This document shows, piece by piece, positions 1 to 14,169 of a stretch of 64,000 nt of DNA. Where the stretch lies: NCBI GenBank assembly GCA_964016885.1, contig CAXHJY010001240.1, positions 1 through 64,000 on the forward strand. Reading direction: 5' to 3'. Made by a program: the position numbers and the translations under genes. The notes beneath the pieces were generated by a model. The model was not told the origin of the DNA. It worked only from the letters and a program-made list of their open reading frames with translations, and searched no databases. Source of the stretch: Eledone cirrhosa (taxonomy: Eukaryota). Within the stretch, counting starts at the first letter, position 1. Every line of letters starts with the position of its first letter.

Positions 1-340
1 GAGTAAATCAGTTAAATTATAGCGAGGGGGAAAGAGAGAGAGAGAGAGACGACGCTCAACTTTATAATATTTGGGAGTGAAGAGCGACAGAGAGAGTAAA
101 GCAGTTAAATTATAGAGAGAGGGAAGAGCGACGGAGAGACGACTCTCAACTTTATAATATTTGAGAGTGAAGAGCCTCAGAGAGAGTAAAGCAGTTAAAT
201 TATAGAGAGGGGGGAATGATCTATTATAGAGAGAGGGAAGAGCGACGGAGAGAGTAAAGCTAACAAACTATAGAGAGGTGTGTAGGATAGATACATACAT
301 ACATAATACACACGACACTCAGCTTTATAATATTACTAGA
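1..340. repeat. Imperfect ~100-bp tandem repeat with (GA)n tracts, possibly part of a Helitron-like element cut off by the window edge
   Basis: GAGAGTAAAGCAGTTAAATTATAGAGAG and CTCAACTTTATAATATTT blocks recur 2-3 times. The minus strand at 340 reads TCTAGTAATATTATAAAG, which resembles a Helitron 5' end but lacks the expected flanking A. Confidence 0.45.
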
Positions 341-376
341 CTACTCGTGACCCGTTGGGTCACGAGTAGTCTAGTA
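334..376. repeat. Perfect 20-bp-stem hairpin with CTAG near both ends
   Basis: TACTAGACTACTCGTGACCC-GTT-GGGTCACGAGTAGTCTAGTA read directly. Confidence 0.9.
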
Positions 377-838
377 CAGGTAATCAAAGTGTGTATACAT
401 TTTTCCGGGACGCCATATATATATATATATATACCGGTGTCCCTAAAAATGTATACACCATTCTAATATATATATTGCCTGTACAGGTAATCAAAGTGTG
501 TATACATTTTTCGGGGACACCATATATATATATATATACCGGGGTCCCTAAAAATGTATACACCATTCTAATATATATATTGCCTGTACAGGTAATCAAA
601 GTGTGTATACATTTTTCGGGGACACCATATATATATATACCAGGGTCCCTAAAAATGTATACACCATTCAAATATATATATTGCCTGTACAGGTAATCAA
701 AGTGTGTATACATTTTTCGGGGACACTATATATATATATAATAATACCGGGGTCCCTAAAAATGTATACACCATCGTAACAAATAATGCATGTATAGGCA
801 ATCAAAGTGGGTATACATTTTTTGGGGGACAACCTGTA
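375..838. mobile_element. Tandem array (~4.5 units, ~105 bp) of a small Tc1/mariner-type MITE separated by (TA)n
   Basis: Each unit has inverted termini TACCGGGGTCCCTAAAAATGTATAC ... GTATACATTTTTCGGGGACACC flanked by TA. A related single copy lies at about 4676-4750. Confidence 0.65.
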
Positions 839-1169
839 TATACACAAATATGAACATATATATATAGAGAAAGTGTGTGCAAGCAAGCAATCAAGATCAG
901 AGTTTTAGTAGTATATAGATAGATAGATATATATATATATATGCACTTTGGTTTGTAGGATTTTTTTTATTTTTTTTGTCTTATTTGTGTAATTTGCCGA
1001 AGGCTCAACTCGTCCTGTGTATACCTGTTTTGTTGTGTCCCAATGTGCACTAGAATGAATAGTATCAACTTTGATGCACTGAAACTATAGTGATTTCCAG
1101 AGATTGACTAAGAAGAAGGGACTGTCTTTTGTTTTTTTCCATTGTCTTTGACCCGTGTCTCCCCAACCC

Positions 1170-1226
<57 letters not shown>

Positions 1227-1364
1227 GTACCTGCACTGTCAGTATATTTAATGTACTTAATTATTAGATTAAATATTAAACAAACTGCAAAATTAAATAT
1301 GTTAGTGCAAATCCATATCATTTGCATGTCAAAAATAAATTTTTTCTTTTTCATAAATTTGTAG

Positions 1365-1395
1365 CAAAATCTGCCTGAGGGCTATGTTTCAGCTG
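1365..1395 (+). CDS. Candidate 31-nt micro-exon (QNLPEGYVSA) of the bMERB-domain gene
   Basis: Polypyrimidine tract then TGTAG acceptor and CTG|GTACAT donor. Its phase-1 end is compatible with the exon at 8638. No strong homology support. Confidence 0.2.
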
Positions 1396-2469
1396 GTACA
1401 TATGATCTGATGGGTTTACGTATTATTTCCCAAGACATTAATATTAACATTAGTTGCCTGTTAGATTCGCCTAAACCTATTAGATATATTACTATTGGAT
1501 GTAACATCTACAAACATCATATTATTGTTGTTATTGTAACATGTATTAATTTTACTATAGTCTTTTAAAAAATATTATTTCTAACAGCTCTATTCCAAAA
1601 TCTTTTATGGTATAGAGAGCATACTCCATCTGCATCATTCTTTAGTAGGTTTTTGAACTGTTTCTTGGCTCCCTTACAAACCTCAATTGTATCTTTTTGA
1701 GTGTAGCTGGGTAGTTGCATGTGGAAGATAAAACTTAGAGATGTAGTACTGCTGCTCAGAAGGTTGACACAGTTGTAATACATTTACATCTAGTACTCAT
1801 ATGAGATCAACCATTTTGAGGTTTATCTTGTCAGTCTGCAACATAGCTGAATCTTTTCTGATCAAATGTTGGTTAGCTATGATTTTCATGTAGTCTGAGT
1901 GGTATATGCATGATGGGGTGTACCTTTGACGATTAGGATCGCTGTTGATTACTTATTGTCTAATACAGTTAACTTTCCATTGGGGTGTCATTAACCAGGA
2001 TTTTAATACATCCCTAGATTGTGCAGCACAACAATTGTACTTGCTAAGTCTTGCACAATAAACATGAGTATTCTTCATCCTTCTGATCCTCATTGTATGA
2101 AATATTTTTTATGGTGAGCTTTAGGATGTCATCAACATAGCAGTAGCACAGTAGCTAATGAAGATGTTGGAAATATCTGCAACAACTCCAATAACACCTT
2201 TTTTTTCACTTGCGTAAATCTGTTAATGAATTTGAAAATGTGGTTTAAGGCTGGCACCATTTTCCTGCATAGTCACTTTATTACCTATTGAGACCAATGA
2301 AATTTACAAATACCTTAAGACTCAGTAAGATGCAAGTAAAAGTCTATATGAAATTCTAGAACTAGGGAAAATGCTTGAGTCATTAGAAGTCTATAAGTAA
2401 CATTAACTTTATGTTCTTAGTTAGTCATCAAATTGATTGACAAGATCCAAGATCTCATTCACTTACTGA

Positions 2470-2860
2470 GTGGGGTGGAACTCGTCAAATCAGACTAAGG
2501 AAACAATGTTTCCATTGGTCTTCCCATTGCTGATACAATCTACTGATTGCAACTCCTGGCAGAAAGAGCAACATGAAATAAAGTGTCTTGCTCAAGGACA
2601 TAACACATCACCTGTTCTAGGAATCAAACTCGTAACTTCACAATTGCGAATCCAATTCTCTAACCACTAAGGCATGCACCTTCTCAGTTGTTAATCATGG
2701 GTCAATACACTAATTATGGAGGCACGTGGCCTAGTGGTAAATGTGTTGAACTGATGATCATAATGTTAAAGGTTTGATTCCTGGACTGGATACTGTGCTG
2801 TGGTCTTGAGCAAAACACTTCACGTTGCTCCAGTATACTCAGCTAAAAATGAGTACCTAC
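2470..2860. mobile_element. Two divergently oriented tRNA-derived CORE-type SINE copies (about 2470-2680 minus, 2718-2860 plus)
   Basis: tRNA-like head GGCACGTGGCCTAGTGG...GGTTTGATTCC followed by GTCTTGAGCAAAACACTT. The same family occurs at about 58982-59100. Confidence 0.65.
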
Positions 2861-4149
2861 TCTAGCTGGGAGTAAAGTGTTTATATCTATTTAAAAACAT
2901 TCCATTGTAATTTTATGTAAGAATGTTAAGTTATATACTAAACACCTGCTTAATGAAGAGAAAGTTAGTTATATTATTAAATCTGTCCAATTTCTTGATC
3001 ATCTTCAAAGTGATTTGGAAATTATAGGCAGTGTGTTTCATTAGAAATATGATAATAAAAGAGTTAATGCTGTGTTTTATATAGAATCCATTTACATTGT
3101 GTAGACAAAGCTCAGTAAATGTTTCCAAATGCTTAGTGTAGCAAGATATTCAAACATGTTTTAATATGGAGTTGAGAATTGACCCAAAGGAATATGAATT
3201 TACTATAATTGAATTGCAGATGAAACATTTGTTTGAAATTATATACCTGATGTACTCATCTCTCTTGTTCTTGTCATTGCTAGTGTGTGTGTGTCTGTGT
3301 GATTGTGTGCGTGCATGTCTGCGCATGCATACTGCAGATATTGCAGTAAATCCTTTGCACATTTGGTCTCCCCTGAGAACTGCAGCCTTGTAAAAATCCC
3401 CTCACCACCCATGCTTTTCCTGCTGATGTTGATCTACAGAAGTTCAAGATGAACACCAATGGCTTTATTTCACCACTCTCCCAGAATTTACAAAGATCAC
3501 GGATGCTTCCCTGCCACTTAACTAATTTATAAAAAAAAACAAAAAAACTGAACCAATGAGCAAAAGTTTACATGGCTGTTTTACCTGCTAGAAATAGCTA
3601 CCAAATTCACTGAAATCACATCCACCCCCCATTTTAGAAAATAACTTGATGAATTGTGCGGTTTTGGATTCCTTGCTCATAGAAAAAAAGACAGGGTTGT
3701 CACAACTGGAATGCTTTTGATCAGAGCTGATCTCAAACTAAACAACATCTATATCCTCAGATGTACATTTTACTTGCACTTATCTATCTGTCCACACAGA
3801 TAGCTACCTAAAAATGTGCAAATAATATATATATATCTTGTTATAAAACGTCAAAAGTACTGAATTAGCTGTGGGTTGAATTGATTGTATGAGCATGTGG
3901 AGAGCAGGATTACAAATTAAATGTCTCATGTTATGATAAAGGGAATTATTTCTGGTTAAACTGGTTCTTTTATTGATGACAAGTGACCAGTTTTGCACCC
4001 AGTACACTCACTAAGGGGATTGGTTAATGAGTGAAGATAATGTAAGGTTGAGGAACTCTTTAGTCTTGTCAAGGACATAATGAAATGGGGAATTTATCTG
4101 GTGAAGGGTAGGATGTAGAGGCATGGGTAATGGGTGGGGTGTTAGGACA

Positions 4150-4380
4150 TGGGAGATGTCTGGAAGGGGGAAGGGAATGTATGGGAAAGTGGTGCATACT
4201 AGATGTATGCTTCAACCCGTGCACATGGGAAGGCAGGACTTCTGCATAATGCCAGAGATCTTGATCTTGTGTGATCGTCCTTGAGAGGTGCAATTGTGCA
4301 AGGTCAGCTATTATCACCTCATCCCAAATCTTCCTTGGTCTTCCTACTCCATAGCTTCCATCAACTTTGAGCACCCTGCA
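4150..4380 (-). mobile_element. RTE-clade LINE 3' fragment
   Basis: Translation LKVDGSYGVGRPRKIWDEVIIADL matches the copy at 39850-40270. Confidence 0.75.
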
Positions 4381-4504
4381 TAATGTTAGCAGTGTGAATT
4401 CAAAGCAATATGTGGTTTGGAGGGAACAAAATTAAGTTTGATCCATTGGATGTACAACAAAGAAAACATGGATGATATTGGGCCTCTTACACCATATTTA
4501 TAAG

Positions 4505-4629
4505 TATATGGTGGTTAGATTCTCAAAAGTGGCTACCTCTGATTGTAAAACGTTGATTATTCATTTGTGATATTCTAGCCATGTTATATATATATAGGTA
4601 GCCACTTTTGAGAATCTAACCACCATATA
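4505..4629. repeat. 34-bp inverted repeat associated with (TA)n
   Basis: TATATGGTGGTTAGATTCTCAAAAGTGGCTACCT (4505-4538) has its reverse complement at 4596-4629. Confidence 0.9.
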
Positions 4630-4899
4630 TATACATATATTTATATATATACATGTATATACAAATGCAGGGTGGCAGGGTGTCCCCAAAAATGTATATA
4701 CTTCAGCATTCTAATAAAAGTGTGCATACATTTTTGAGAACACTCTGTATATATATATATTATTGTTCTTTCTTCACTGCTTCTGATTTGATTTTTTGTT
4801 GTTGTTGAAGAGCTGTACTATATACACTCCCATATTTTCTATTTAACTATATGTGTCTGAAGCATCGGATTGTTTATGTCTTGTTGAGGTTAGTGAAGG

Positions 4900-5200
4900 A
4901 AAGGATGCTGCATTCTGTGACACCTCTAGTGGCAACCTTGTGCGTTTGACTACCAGCCCAAGCTCTGCTGCCTGCCAGGCCGAAAAGGGTAAACTGTCCA
5001 AGTATCAGCCACTCTCTGATAGGTTTGTGGTAGAACCTGTAGCAGTGGAGACATCCGGTGTTCTTGGCCCCCAGACCACATCCTTACTCACTGCTATCGG
5101 AGCGGTGTTGGCTGCCTGCAGGTGCGAGCCCCGTGAGGTAGAGTGGCTGTTCCAGCATGTCTCACCGTCCTCTGGGGCAATGTATTTTCCATTCTGTCAG
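4900..5200 (+). mobile_element. 3' fragment (restriction-like endonuclease region) of a CRE-type non-LTR retrotransposon
   Basis: AEKGKLSKYQPLSDRFVVEPVAVETSGVLGPQ...EPREVEWLFQ fits the RLE C-terminal pattern (K..KY, P.AVET.G.LG) and is homologous to 43869-44546. Confidence 0.75.
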
Positions 5201-5770
5201 CCAGAACCCAGAGGCATACACAAAATAAATAGAAAGAAAGAAACAATATAATTTAGATAACAGTATAGACATAAGAGATTAAAAGCAAATATTTATTAGC
5301 TGTGGTGATTTTCATAGCTGAGGATTAACATTATGGTGTAAGGTCAAATATAAAGTTCAACATCACTAATTAATGTTAAGTTCAAACACTAATTATACAT
5401 GGGTTGTGGATGGAATGTTTACACATATGCTTCATAAAACTATTGTTGTATTGCGGGGATATGGAATGGTTGTGTTAAGTATAGGGGTTTTTAAGTATAG
5501 TGTGTTAAGCATTAGTGGTTTTTTAGGTTAGGTGGGTTATGAGTATGGTTATGTTAGAAAGAGGGTTTGGTGGAACAGTGTGTCAATGTTATTTAATTAT
5601 TTTTTTATATGAATGATTAATTCTAGTTCCTTGGTAACTGCAAATTTTATGGTTCTTTTCTCTTTTTTTTCTTAATCAATAATTGTCATCATTATCATCA
5701 TCACTACCACCATTATAATCATCATCATCATCATCATCACTAGCATCATTACCATCATCACTACCACCAC

Positions 5771-5812
<42 letters not shown>

Positions 5813-7509
5813 TTTATGCCCGTGGTCACAATCTAAGACAAGATGAATTGCAGTACCATGTGTTGCTGATATGTATTTGTATAAATAAGTGTTTCAAATA
5901 TAGGCATAAGGCAGGTCAACAATTTCAGTGGAGAGGGAAATTGATTAAATCAGCCCCAGTACATTACTGGTGCTTTATTTTATTGATCCTAGAAGGATGA
6001 AAGGCAAAGTTGACAGGATTGAACTCGGTATCTAAAGCGTCAGAAAAATATTGCTACGCATTTGTGTGTATCTATGTATGGGTGTCTGTGCGCACGACTG
6101 AATTTAAACTTATTTATAGCATGGAGTACTTTTCACTTATTTGTTATCACTAGCACACATGCACATAATTATGCATATATAATTTGTATGTATATATGTG
6201 TGTACACACACACACACACTCATCATCATCACCATTTAACGTACATTTTTCCACGCTGGCATAGTTAAGACTTTAATATAAGCAATAGTGGAAAAGGAGT
6301 GTACTTAAAATATGCTATGGAGTTTATTTGTTCCCTTTCTGGAACAAAAGCTCAGTAAACCACTTAAATGTGAGAACTGAATGAAGCCTATCCTCCAGCA
6401 AGTGAATATATTTGGTATGAATTTGACATTGCTGGTGGCCAAGCTAGCTCATCTTTCAACTTTGAAGTGTTTTTATTTCTGTTCATATTTTCACTGCAAC
6501 AGTGATATCATCATCATCATCATCATCATCAACATCATCATCATCACTATCAGCAATAGTAGCACCATCATCACCACTACTACATTCTAGATCTTCTCAG
6601 TCTTACCTTGTGAATGAAGTGGATGGTAATAAATAGTGGACTAACGAAATATTCAATTTGAGCATAGTTATGTTTTCAATATAATAATAATGAAAATTAT
6701 TGTGTACAGTGCTCAGGTGCACTACAACTCATCAAAGGTGCATGTATAGTACATAGAATAAAGTACAAATGTCAGGAAAGTGAACAGTGTGTGAGTCATG
6801 ATATACACAGATACATACATGCGTATAAAGCAAAGATTTTACAGAGTCATGGGATCGAATTTAAAATACCTCGGCATTTGTTCAAGTTCACTACGCTCTG
6901 AATTTAAATCCCACCAAGGTCAACTTTATCTTTCATCTTTTCAAAGTCGATAGATATAGAGTCAGTGTAGTATTAGGGTTGATTCTTTCTCCTTCTTTGA
7001 AAGAAATTGGCTGTATTCTGCCTGGAGAAGGATGGGCTCCACCAGGTGTAAAATGCCCAAGACACCATGCATCAGGACATCTCCCTTACGATTCCATCAG
7101 ATGTTAAGGCTGCTTTACCTTACCTATATTTTCAATATAGCATTTTTAGAAGAAAATATGTTCCACATATGTAGAAATATCTCAACACACATACCATCAC
7201 CACCATTATTTTCGTATGCCCACTTTCTATGCTGGCTTGAGTTGAATAGGTCATCATGATCTGAATAAGTTCTTATTCAGTGTTACTGCCCTCCTAGATG
7301 TGTTAGAGACCATATCTCACTTGCACATTCCACTTTTGACATGGTTCCTACGACTAGACACATTTTCCAACGTAAACTACTTTATAAAGTAACGTACCTG
7401 GTGCATTTAACTGTGGCACCAGCACTGGAGAGGTTGTCATTGGTAGGATTAAAGCATCCTCGCAATGCTACACCAGTCTTTGCAAGCAGAGAAAAGACAT
7501 AATATGATG

Positions 7510-7825
7510 ATCATCATCATCATTGTTTAACGTCCACTTTCCACGCTAGCATGAGTTAGACGGGTTGTCCTATTTGAGACAAGTTAAGTCAGTTGACCGT
7601 GTCTTGTTCATATAGAATTGTTTCTGGCTAGATTTCTACAGCTGGATTCCCTTCCTAACGCCAACCATATTTACAGTATGTGCTGGGTGCTTTCTGCTGT
7701 GACACCTACACGACCGCCTTACAGTGTGGGCGGGGTGCTTTCTGTCATGGTACCGACGCAACTACCTTACAGTGTGGGCTGGATGCTTTTTGCCATGACA
7801 CCTACACGACCACCTTACAGTGTAT
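7510..7825 (-). mobile_element. Non-autonomous element with an RTE-like tail (CATGGAAA..GGACGTTAAAC(GAT)n) and internal ~44-bp tandem units
   Basis: Related copies at about 10261-10570, 11725-11915, 19800-20192, 26000-26250, 32430-32720, 40380-40677, 42270-42520 and 48860-49100. The tail follows RTE coding remnants at 19500-20190 and 40270-40677. Confidence 0.7.
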
Positions 7826-8637
7826 ATGTATATCTATGTATATACTTTGGAAATTGTTGTGCATATGCAACTCTTACCATTTGTTTGCAAGTTTGCATTA
7901 GGAGGTGATAATGTTCATCTAATGAAAGAATGAACATTTTAACTGTTTTGATAGGTGGTGTAGCACTATCAATTCCAAACCAATGCTTTTTTTAGAATCT
8001 GTTGATGTCACTGTCTTCTAGATGCCGTTTGTGTCTGGATATGTCTATTGTAATGCAATGTTTTTGTGTTGGAAAATATTGAAAATGTAATCAAATGTTG
8101 ACACTGAATATTCTAAACATTAATTGTTTTCTTTCATCTATAAATGACAATTGTAATTCAGCATATGAAAAATTGAAATGAAAGTGTTAAATTATATCCA
8201 AACTATAAATAGTAATTATTATGTATATCAAATTATTTTCTTACACAACCTCTATTACTAAATTCAGACATGTTTTTAATATCAAATATTTAGCACAGTT
8301 GGACACTGCTCTTATTTCCTATTTTTTTAATGTAATATTGTATTTGTATGAACATGTTTTTATGCTTTCATATAATAATGTAATCATGTGTAATTACTGT
8401 ATTACTATATTTACAACCCTTTTTTTTATATGTCTACCATATATTATTATCGCTATTCTTAAATCTTTTGTTACTGCAACTTTTGCTATTGTGTATTTTT
8501 CATATATTGTTGTAAAAATGCAGTGACAATAAATTGGATATATGCATTCAAAATATATTTTATATATAAAAAATGTTTTTATTAGGATTGATGTAATTTG
8601 CTAAAACTCTATCAAATCATTGCAATATCTCTTCCAG

Positions 8638-8737
8638 AAATAGATGAAGATGAATGTGATAAAGGAATGGCTGAATGGTTTCACATTATCAATGAAAAAA
8701 ATGAACTTGTCAGGAAAGAAAATTATCTAATTTATCA
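8638..8737 (+). CDS. bMERB (DUF3585) domain protein, MICAL-like/EHBP1 family, internal exon
   Basis: TTCCAG acceptor, CA|GTAAGT donor. Translation IDEDECDKGMAEWFHIINEKNELVRKENYLIY fits the bMERB motif WF.L..EK..LVR.E..LIY. Confidence 0.9.
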
Positions 8738-9059
8738 GTAAGTATCAGTATTCATATCGTGTTTATATATCTGTTATTCCATCTATTACTTATATAAATC
8801 AAATAGCTATTATATCTATATAGCACCCAGTCCACTCTATAAGGCAGTAGGGCTGATACCACAACAAAAGCACTCAGTCCATTCTGTAAAGTGATTTGCA
8901 TTATGAGCAAGGCATGGTCACCTGATTAGTCTAGTCTCAAAACCTGACAACTCATCTAGCCCATGAAAGCATGGAAAATAGATGTTAAATAGTGATGATG
9001 ATGCTGATGGTTTATATATATATATATGTAGAATAATTAAATTCAGACTAGCCTTGGGC

Positions 9060-10260
9060 AATACCTCAGCCACTATACTATCTGTGTACACCCCACAAAT
9101 AGGACTTGCCAAAAAAAAAAAGACCATTTTTATGAGGCCCTCCTACAGGCTGCCTCAATGACAGATGACAGCAATCTTATGATTGCAGCTGGTGACTTCA
9201 ATGGATATATTGGGAAACATCATGATGGATTCCCTGGCATACATGGAGGTTACAAGTATGGCACAAGTAACGAGGAGGGGACTAGGCTTCTGGAGTTCTG
9301 TGATGCTCTTGACTTAATGATCTGTAACACAAACTTCAAGAAACCAGCCAACTACTTGATTACCTACCAATCAGGGGAGCATAGACTTCATCCTCACCAG
9401 GACATGATACAGACAAATGATTGTAAACACTAAGACCTTCCTTGGGGAGGAATGTACCTTTCAACATAGATTAGTTGTCAGTGACTTTAGAGTAAGGGTT
9501 AGGTAGATCAAGAGATGAAAGCCTGTCTGGAGAAGGAAGACACGGAAGCTAAGAACATCCTTAGTAGGTAACAAATTTAAAGAAATCCTTCTTGATGCCT
9601 ATGACAGTAAGAAAGAGGAGATAGGGACATATAACGTAGAGAAAAATTGGAAATTTCTAAGGGACAACCCACTATGGCTGGAACAAGGTCCCACTAAGAC
9701 GGCATGTGACATGGTGGTAGAATGACAGGGTAGAAAGAGCCATTAAAACAAAATAACAAACCTGGAGAAAGGGAGGAGACAGAAAGGAGGCCAGGTGCCA
9801 AGTATATCTAGTGAAGGGAGAGGCAGAAAAGAAGTTTGCACATGTTCTGCGTGCCATGAAGATAAGAGGTATGAAATGTTCAGTATCATGAGACAGTATA
9901 CTAAAGAAAGTCGTGATGTAGTTAGAGAAAACCCTAACCCAAAATGATAATGGAAAACTTTCTCTGTCTGTCTGACACTGACAAGAAGGAGGCTTAGAAG
10001 ACATACTATGAGAGGCTGCTGAATAAATGAGACAGTGAGGGCCTACTCCATGCAGACCCTACTGAGAGACCAGATATGAAAGTTGACAATAGTATGATAG
10101 ATAAAGCAATTAAGGATATGAAGGTAGGGCAGGCAGCTTGACCATCTGGTATAGTCACCGAAATGCTAAAAGCATCTTGCATGGTAGGATATCAGCTAGT
10201 CAGATGCATATTTAACTAAGTAGTTCAGGATGGTGTCATACTCAATGACTGGCACAACAG
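9060..10260 (+). mobile_element. Degraded RTE LINE (APE endonuclease to start of RT)
   Basis: AGDFNGYIG...HGGYKYGTSNEEGTRLLEFCDALDLMICNTNFKK...ITYQSG, with stops and frameshifts downstream. Confidence 0.85.
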
Positions 10261-11437
10261 TCATCATCGTTTAATGTCCATTTTTCCATGCTAGCATGGG
10301 TTAGACAAGTTGTCCCATTGTGAGACAAGCCAGGTCAGATGACCACATCTTGCTCATACAAAACTGATTTGGGCTTGGTTTCTATAGCTGGATGCCCTTC
10401 CTAATGCCAACCACATTTACAGTGTGTACTGGGTGCTTTTTGTTATGACACCTACATGACCAATTTACAGTGTGGACTGGACACTTTTTACATTCTTTTT
10501 ATACTGGCATGGGTTGGATGGGACATTCTGAGGCAGTGCTTTACAGTTGGATGCCCTTCCTGATACTAATCCTTTTCTGCTCAACCCACTACTCATTACA
10601 TTTAACATTCCCACTTACCATCATACTTCTCTATTGCTATCCATCACTTACTCTCTCTCCTATCTTGACATTCCTATTGCTATCCCATCATATTTTTCAT
10701 GCTGTTTTCTACTCAACCTCCTACACATTTCCAACAACTAGTGCATATCTATCACTGCCCCCATCCTAACATTTTCCTTCTTTCACATTCATCATACTTT
10801 CTCCTCTTTCAATTCTAGGCCATTGCTCTCCTTCTAATCACATTTTTGGTTACATTTACTTTGAAAAAACTGACAAGTAAATATAGTAGAGAAGATTCTT
10901 CAGCTTTGCAGTGGATAAGGCAACCTCTCTAGTGATGATGTCATGTTAAAATGTCTCCACTACATTCTGTAAAGTAGTTGGCAATCAAGTGGAGACAACA
11001 TAGAATAGAGAGAACTTTTCAGTTTTGTTGAGGACTTAACCGTTAGCACTCTAGAATTTTTATGCATTGCTTCCTTTAACACTGTATTAAGGCGAGATTA
11101 CTCTATTGGTGACATAATGCGCCTGTAGTGTCCAGAAGATTAATAACCTCGCTAATACTGATGTCATGATAAAATGTAGCCAATACACTCTGTAAAGGGG
11201 AAGCACATCCAGCTGTGAAGACCATGCCAAAACATGAGTAACTCTGAGTAAGAACTTGCCCAACCCAATCCTGCATGGAAAGCAGACATAAAATAATGAT
11301 GATGATCACACTCACGCACACTCATTCCACTAGCATGAATATTAACTTCATGTTTGATATTACCTGGCAAATCCTTATGCCCCAGTCCAATGATGTGAAA
11401 TTTATTCTGTCATGTATTTTGTTTTTCATACTTGTAG

Positions 11438-11508
11438 TTTACAAGAACAAGATCTTCTAAAAAAGCAGTCTTGTATTGATGAAGAACTCCAAGTCATTCT
11501 AACTTCAC
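11438..11508 (+). CDS. bMERB-domain protein exon (LQEQDLLKKQSCIDEELQVILTS)
   Basis: TTGTAG acceptor, C|GTAAGT donor. Phases 2 and 1 match the neighbouring exons. Confidence 0.85.
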
Positions 11509-14169
11509 GTAAGTTCTCTATTTTATTTGAAAATTAATTAATACTTAACTGAATCCAAGCTGTAGTTTCACAACAATATTGACCAAGCCAGAGTTGACTG
11601 CTCTCATGTGTGGTTAGTGTAATTGTATTGTAATCATTGGTAGCACATTATTTTCCTGTTCATTTGCTTGTTTAACTATCTCATAAATTTTCTTAGCATT
11701 ATTGTTTGAGCTAGTCTTTTATATTATCATCATCATCATCATCATCGTTTAACGTCCATGTTCCACACTTGCATGGGTTTGGACGGGAGTTTTCCCACTT
11801 GAGGCAAGAGTGGTTGTCTTGCTCGCATAGGACTGTCTGGCCAACCACATTTACAGTGTGGGGCTGGGAGGTTTTTACCGTGTTGCCTACACGGCCACAT
11901 TACAGCGTGGACTGTGTGTTTTATATATATATATCAATTATCTCACTCTTTTGAAACTATCATTTCTCTTTCAACACCATACACAGTGATCTTACTAGTC
12001 AGCAAAGGTTTGAATGAGCCAACAAGAGGGCTTCTAGACTGCTGTTTGACCTGCAAGAACTCTATTAAATCACACCCTACTGTCTTAAGAAAAGAACACA
12101 TTGAATAATGTAGTCTTTGAGAAAAGAAGGAACTGATCTGGGCATAAACAACATTACATGAAAAGACTATGAGCACTGTTTTTTAAATAAAGTTATTATT
12201 TAGATAGTACTTCAGTAAAAAATTTGGTTAAATTGCTTAATTAATAGCAATTAGTGAAATTGCAATGGCAGATGATCGTTAACATTTTGAGATTTCAGGA
12301 TATTGATTTTCTGTGAATTGTTGTGAATTTGAAATCTTGTTTGAATTCTAAAGCAGGTAAAATTCTAGTCTTTATTCCTTTTTACATTCATTTCTTCCAG
12401 TGAAATTTTCAGGCCCTTACATTCCCCTCTATAATCAATTAATCTGATATACTTTATCATAAAGTGATCTTTTCAGTGGCTCAAAAGAATTTTCATTTTT
12501 TGAATTGTTTCTTTTAATTGAAAGCATTTTATTGCTAATGATCATCAAGCTGATTCGATCTCACACGACATATTTCAAAATCTGGAAGCTTGCTTCAACC
12601 CTTTAGCTATATATAATATTGTATTTTCATGGTAAAGGCTTTATCTCACATAATATTGAATCTATGAGATATTGATATTAATTATGTTGAGAACAATACC
12701 TTAACATCAGTATGAGGGGCCAGTTACAACCAGATATGGCCAGTTTAAATGCTAGAGGGTTAAGTTGTTCAGTTTATATACTCAGGAATTTCAGATTGAT
12801 AGCAGGTTTTTTGGTAGATTTTGTCATGAATGTAAAAAAATCTAGGAAAACTATCATTCTGCAAAATTTAACTTCACTTGCCGTGAAGGTCTTATAAAAC
12901 TGAAACATGTCTCGAGTTGTCTCCCCTACTAGCCGAACTGATTAAAAATATATTAATCTTTGCATTAATGTTATCTTCTCCCTCTATTAGTATTTCTAAT
13001 GAGATTTTTAGTGCATTATATCAAATATGTTCACTCCTATTTAACTTTTGAATGTCATGGGAATGGTGTCACTGAATAATCAATATGTAATTTGTTGTTT
13101 GTATATATATATTCTAACATATACTTATGATTGTCAGATACATTGGATAAAATGCCATTGTCGTATTTGTTCTGTCTCTTTACATTCTGCATTCAAATCC
13201 CACCAAGGTCAACTTTGCCTTTCATCCTTCTCAGTCAATAATATAAAGTACCAGTCAAGTACTAGGGGTTATTTAATCGACCTTTCCTCTCCTTTCAAAT
13301 TGTTGGCCTTGTGCCTAAAGTAGAATTCATTATTACAAAATAAATAAATTAAATGTAATCCTACCATTTTTTTTAAAGATGGCTGCAATGAAGCAACTAG
13401 GTGTGAAATAAATTTTCCTCTCACGAACTGTAGTAGATGGGCCAATCAAATTTATTATTGTAGAAAGAAGGGCTCCCATCATGCAACTTCTGACAAAGAG
13501 CTGTCCACCAGTAAAGATACTACAAACATTTGAATTAACAAAACCTATTTTTAGATATTTTCTGCTAAATCATTACTGAATGTCAAGAGTTAAGGCCCTT
13601 ATCTTTGTGTCTTTTTTTTCTGTAATGTCATTTGTCATTGCTTTATGAAAGCTAATCATCACTACACCATTTTTCTAGTTTGAAGTCTTTTTGTTTGGTT
13701 TTCTCAGCCATAACTACTGTATGTATTTATAATTCATCTCCAAGGATTACATTGTTTACTTGTCCATCTATTTCTACACCTATACCATTGTTAACCCAAT
13801 GATATAAGTCCAGACAGTGATTCTTAGTACCATTATTATTAAAACTGTATTTACTGCTTGCTTTACTTCCAGTTTCCCACCACATAGACATGATATAAAA
13901 TCCCCTGACTTGCCTTCCTTACAACAATGTACACACAATTGTAAATTTCTCTAGTTATTCCAATTCAACAAAGTGACTAGCCCTGACATTATAACTCCTT
14001 ATTACATTCAAATAGTTTGCTTCAGTGGCAGCTGCTTATCTTCTCCAAATGATTCAGTCTCTCATTCTTTATGGGAATATACTTTTATTGAGATATAGTT
14101 TTCATTTGAATTTCTTTACAATCATTAGAACTGGTAATGTTAGTTGTATTATAAACATTAACTTTTCTC

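Noticed and set aside
1045-1095. Possible decayed hammerhead (hairpin then GAAACTATAGTG) in a (TA)n-flanked element
   Set aside because: The CUGANGA box is absent and the cleavage position is G. Too degenerate to call.
2290-2397. Possible bMERB helix-1 exon (LYEILELGKMLES)
   Set aside because: In-frame TAA nearby and no phase-compatible donor. The similarity is marginal.
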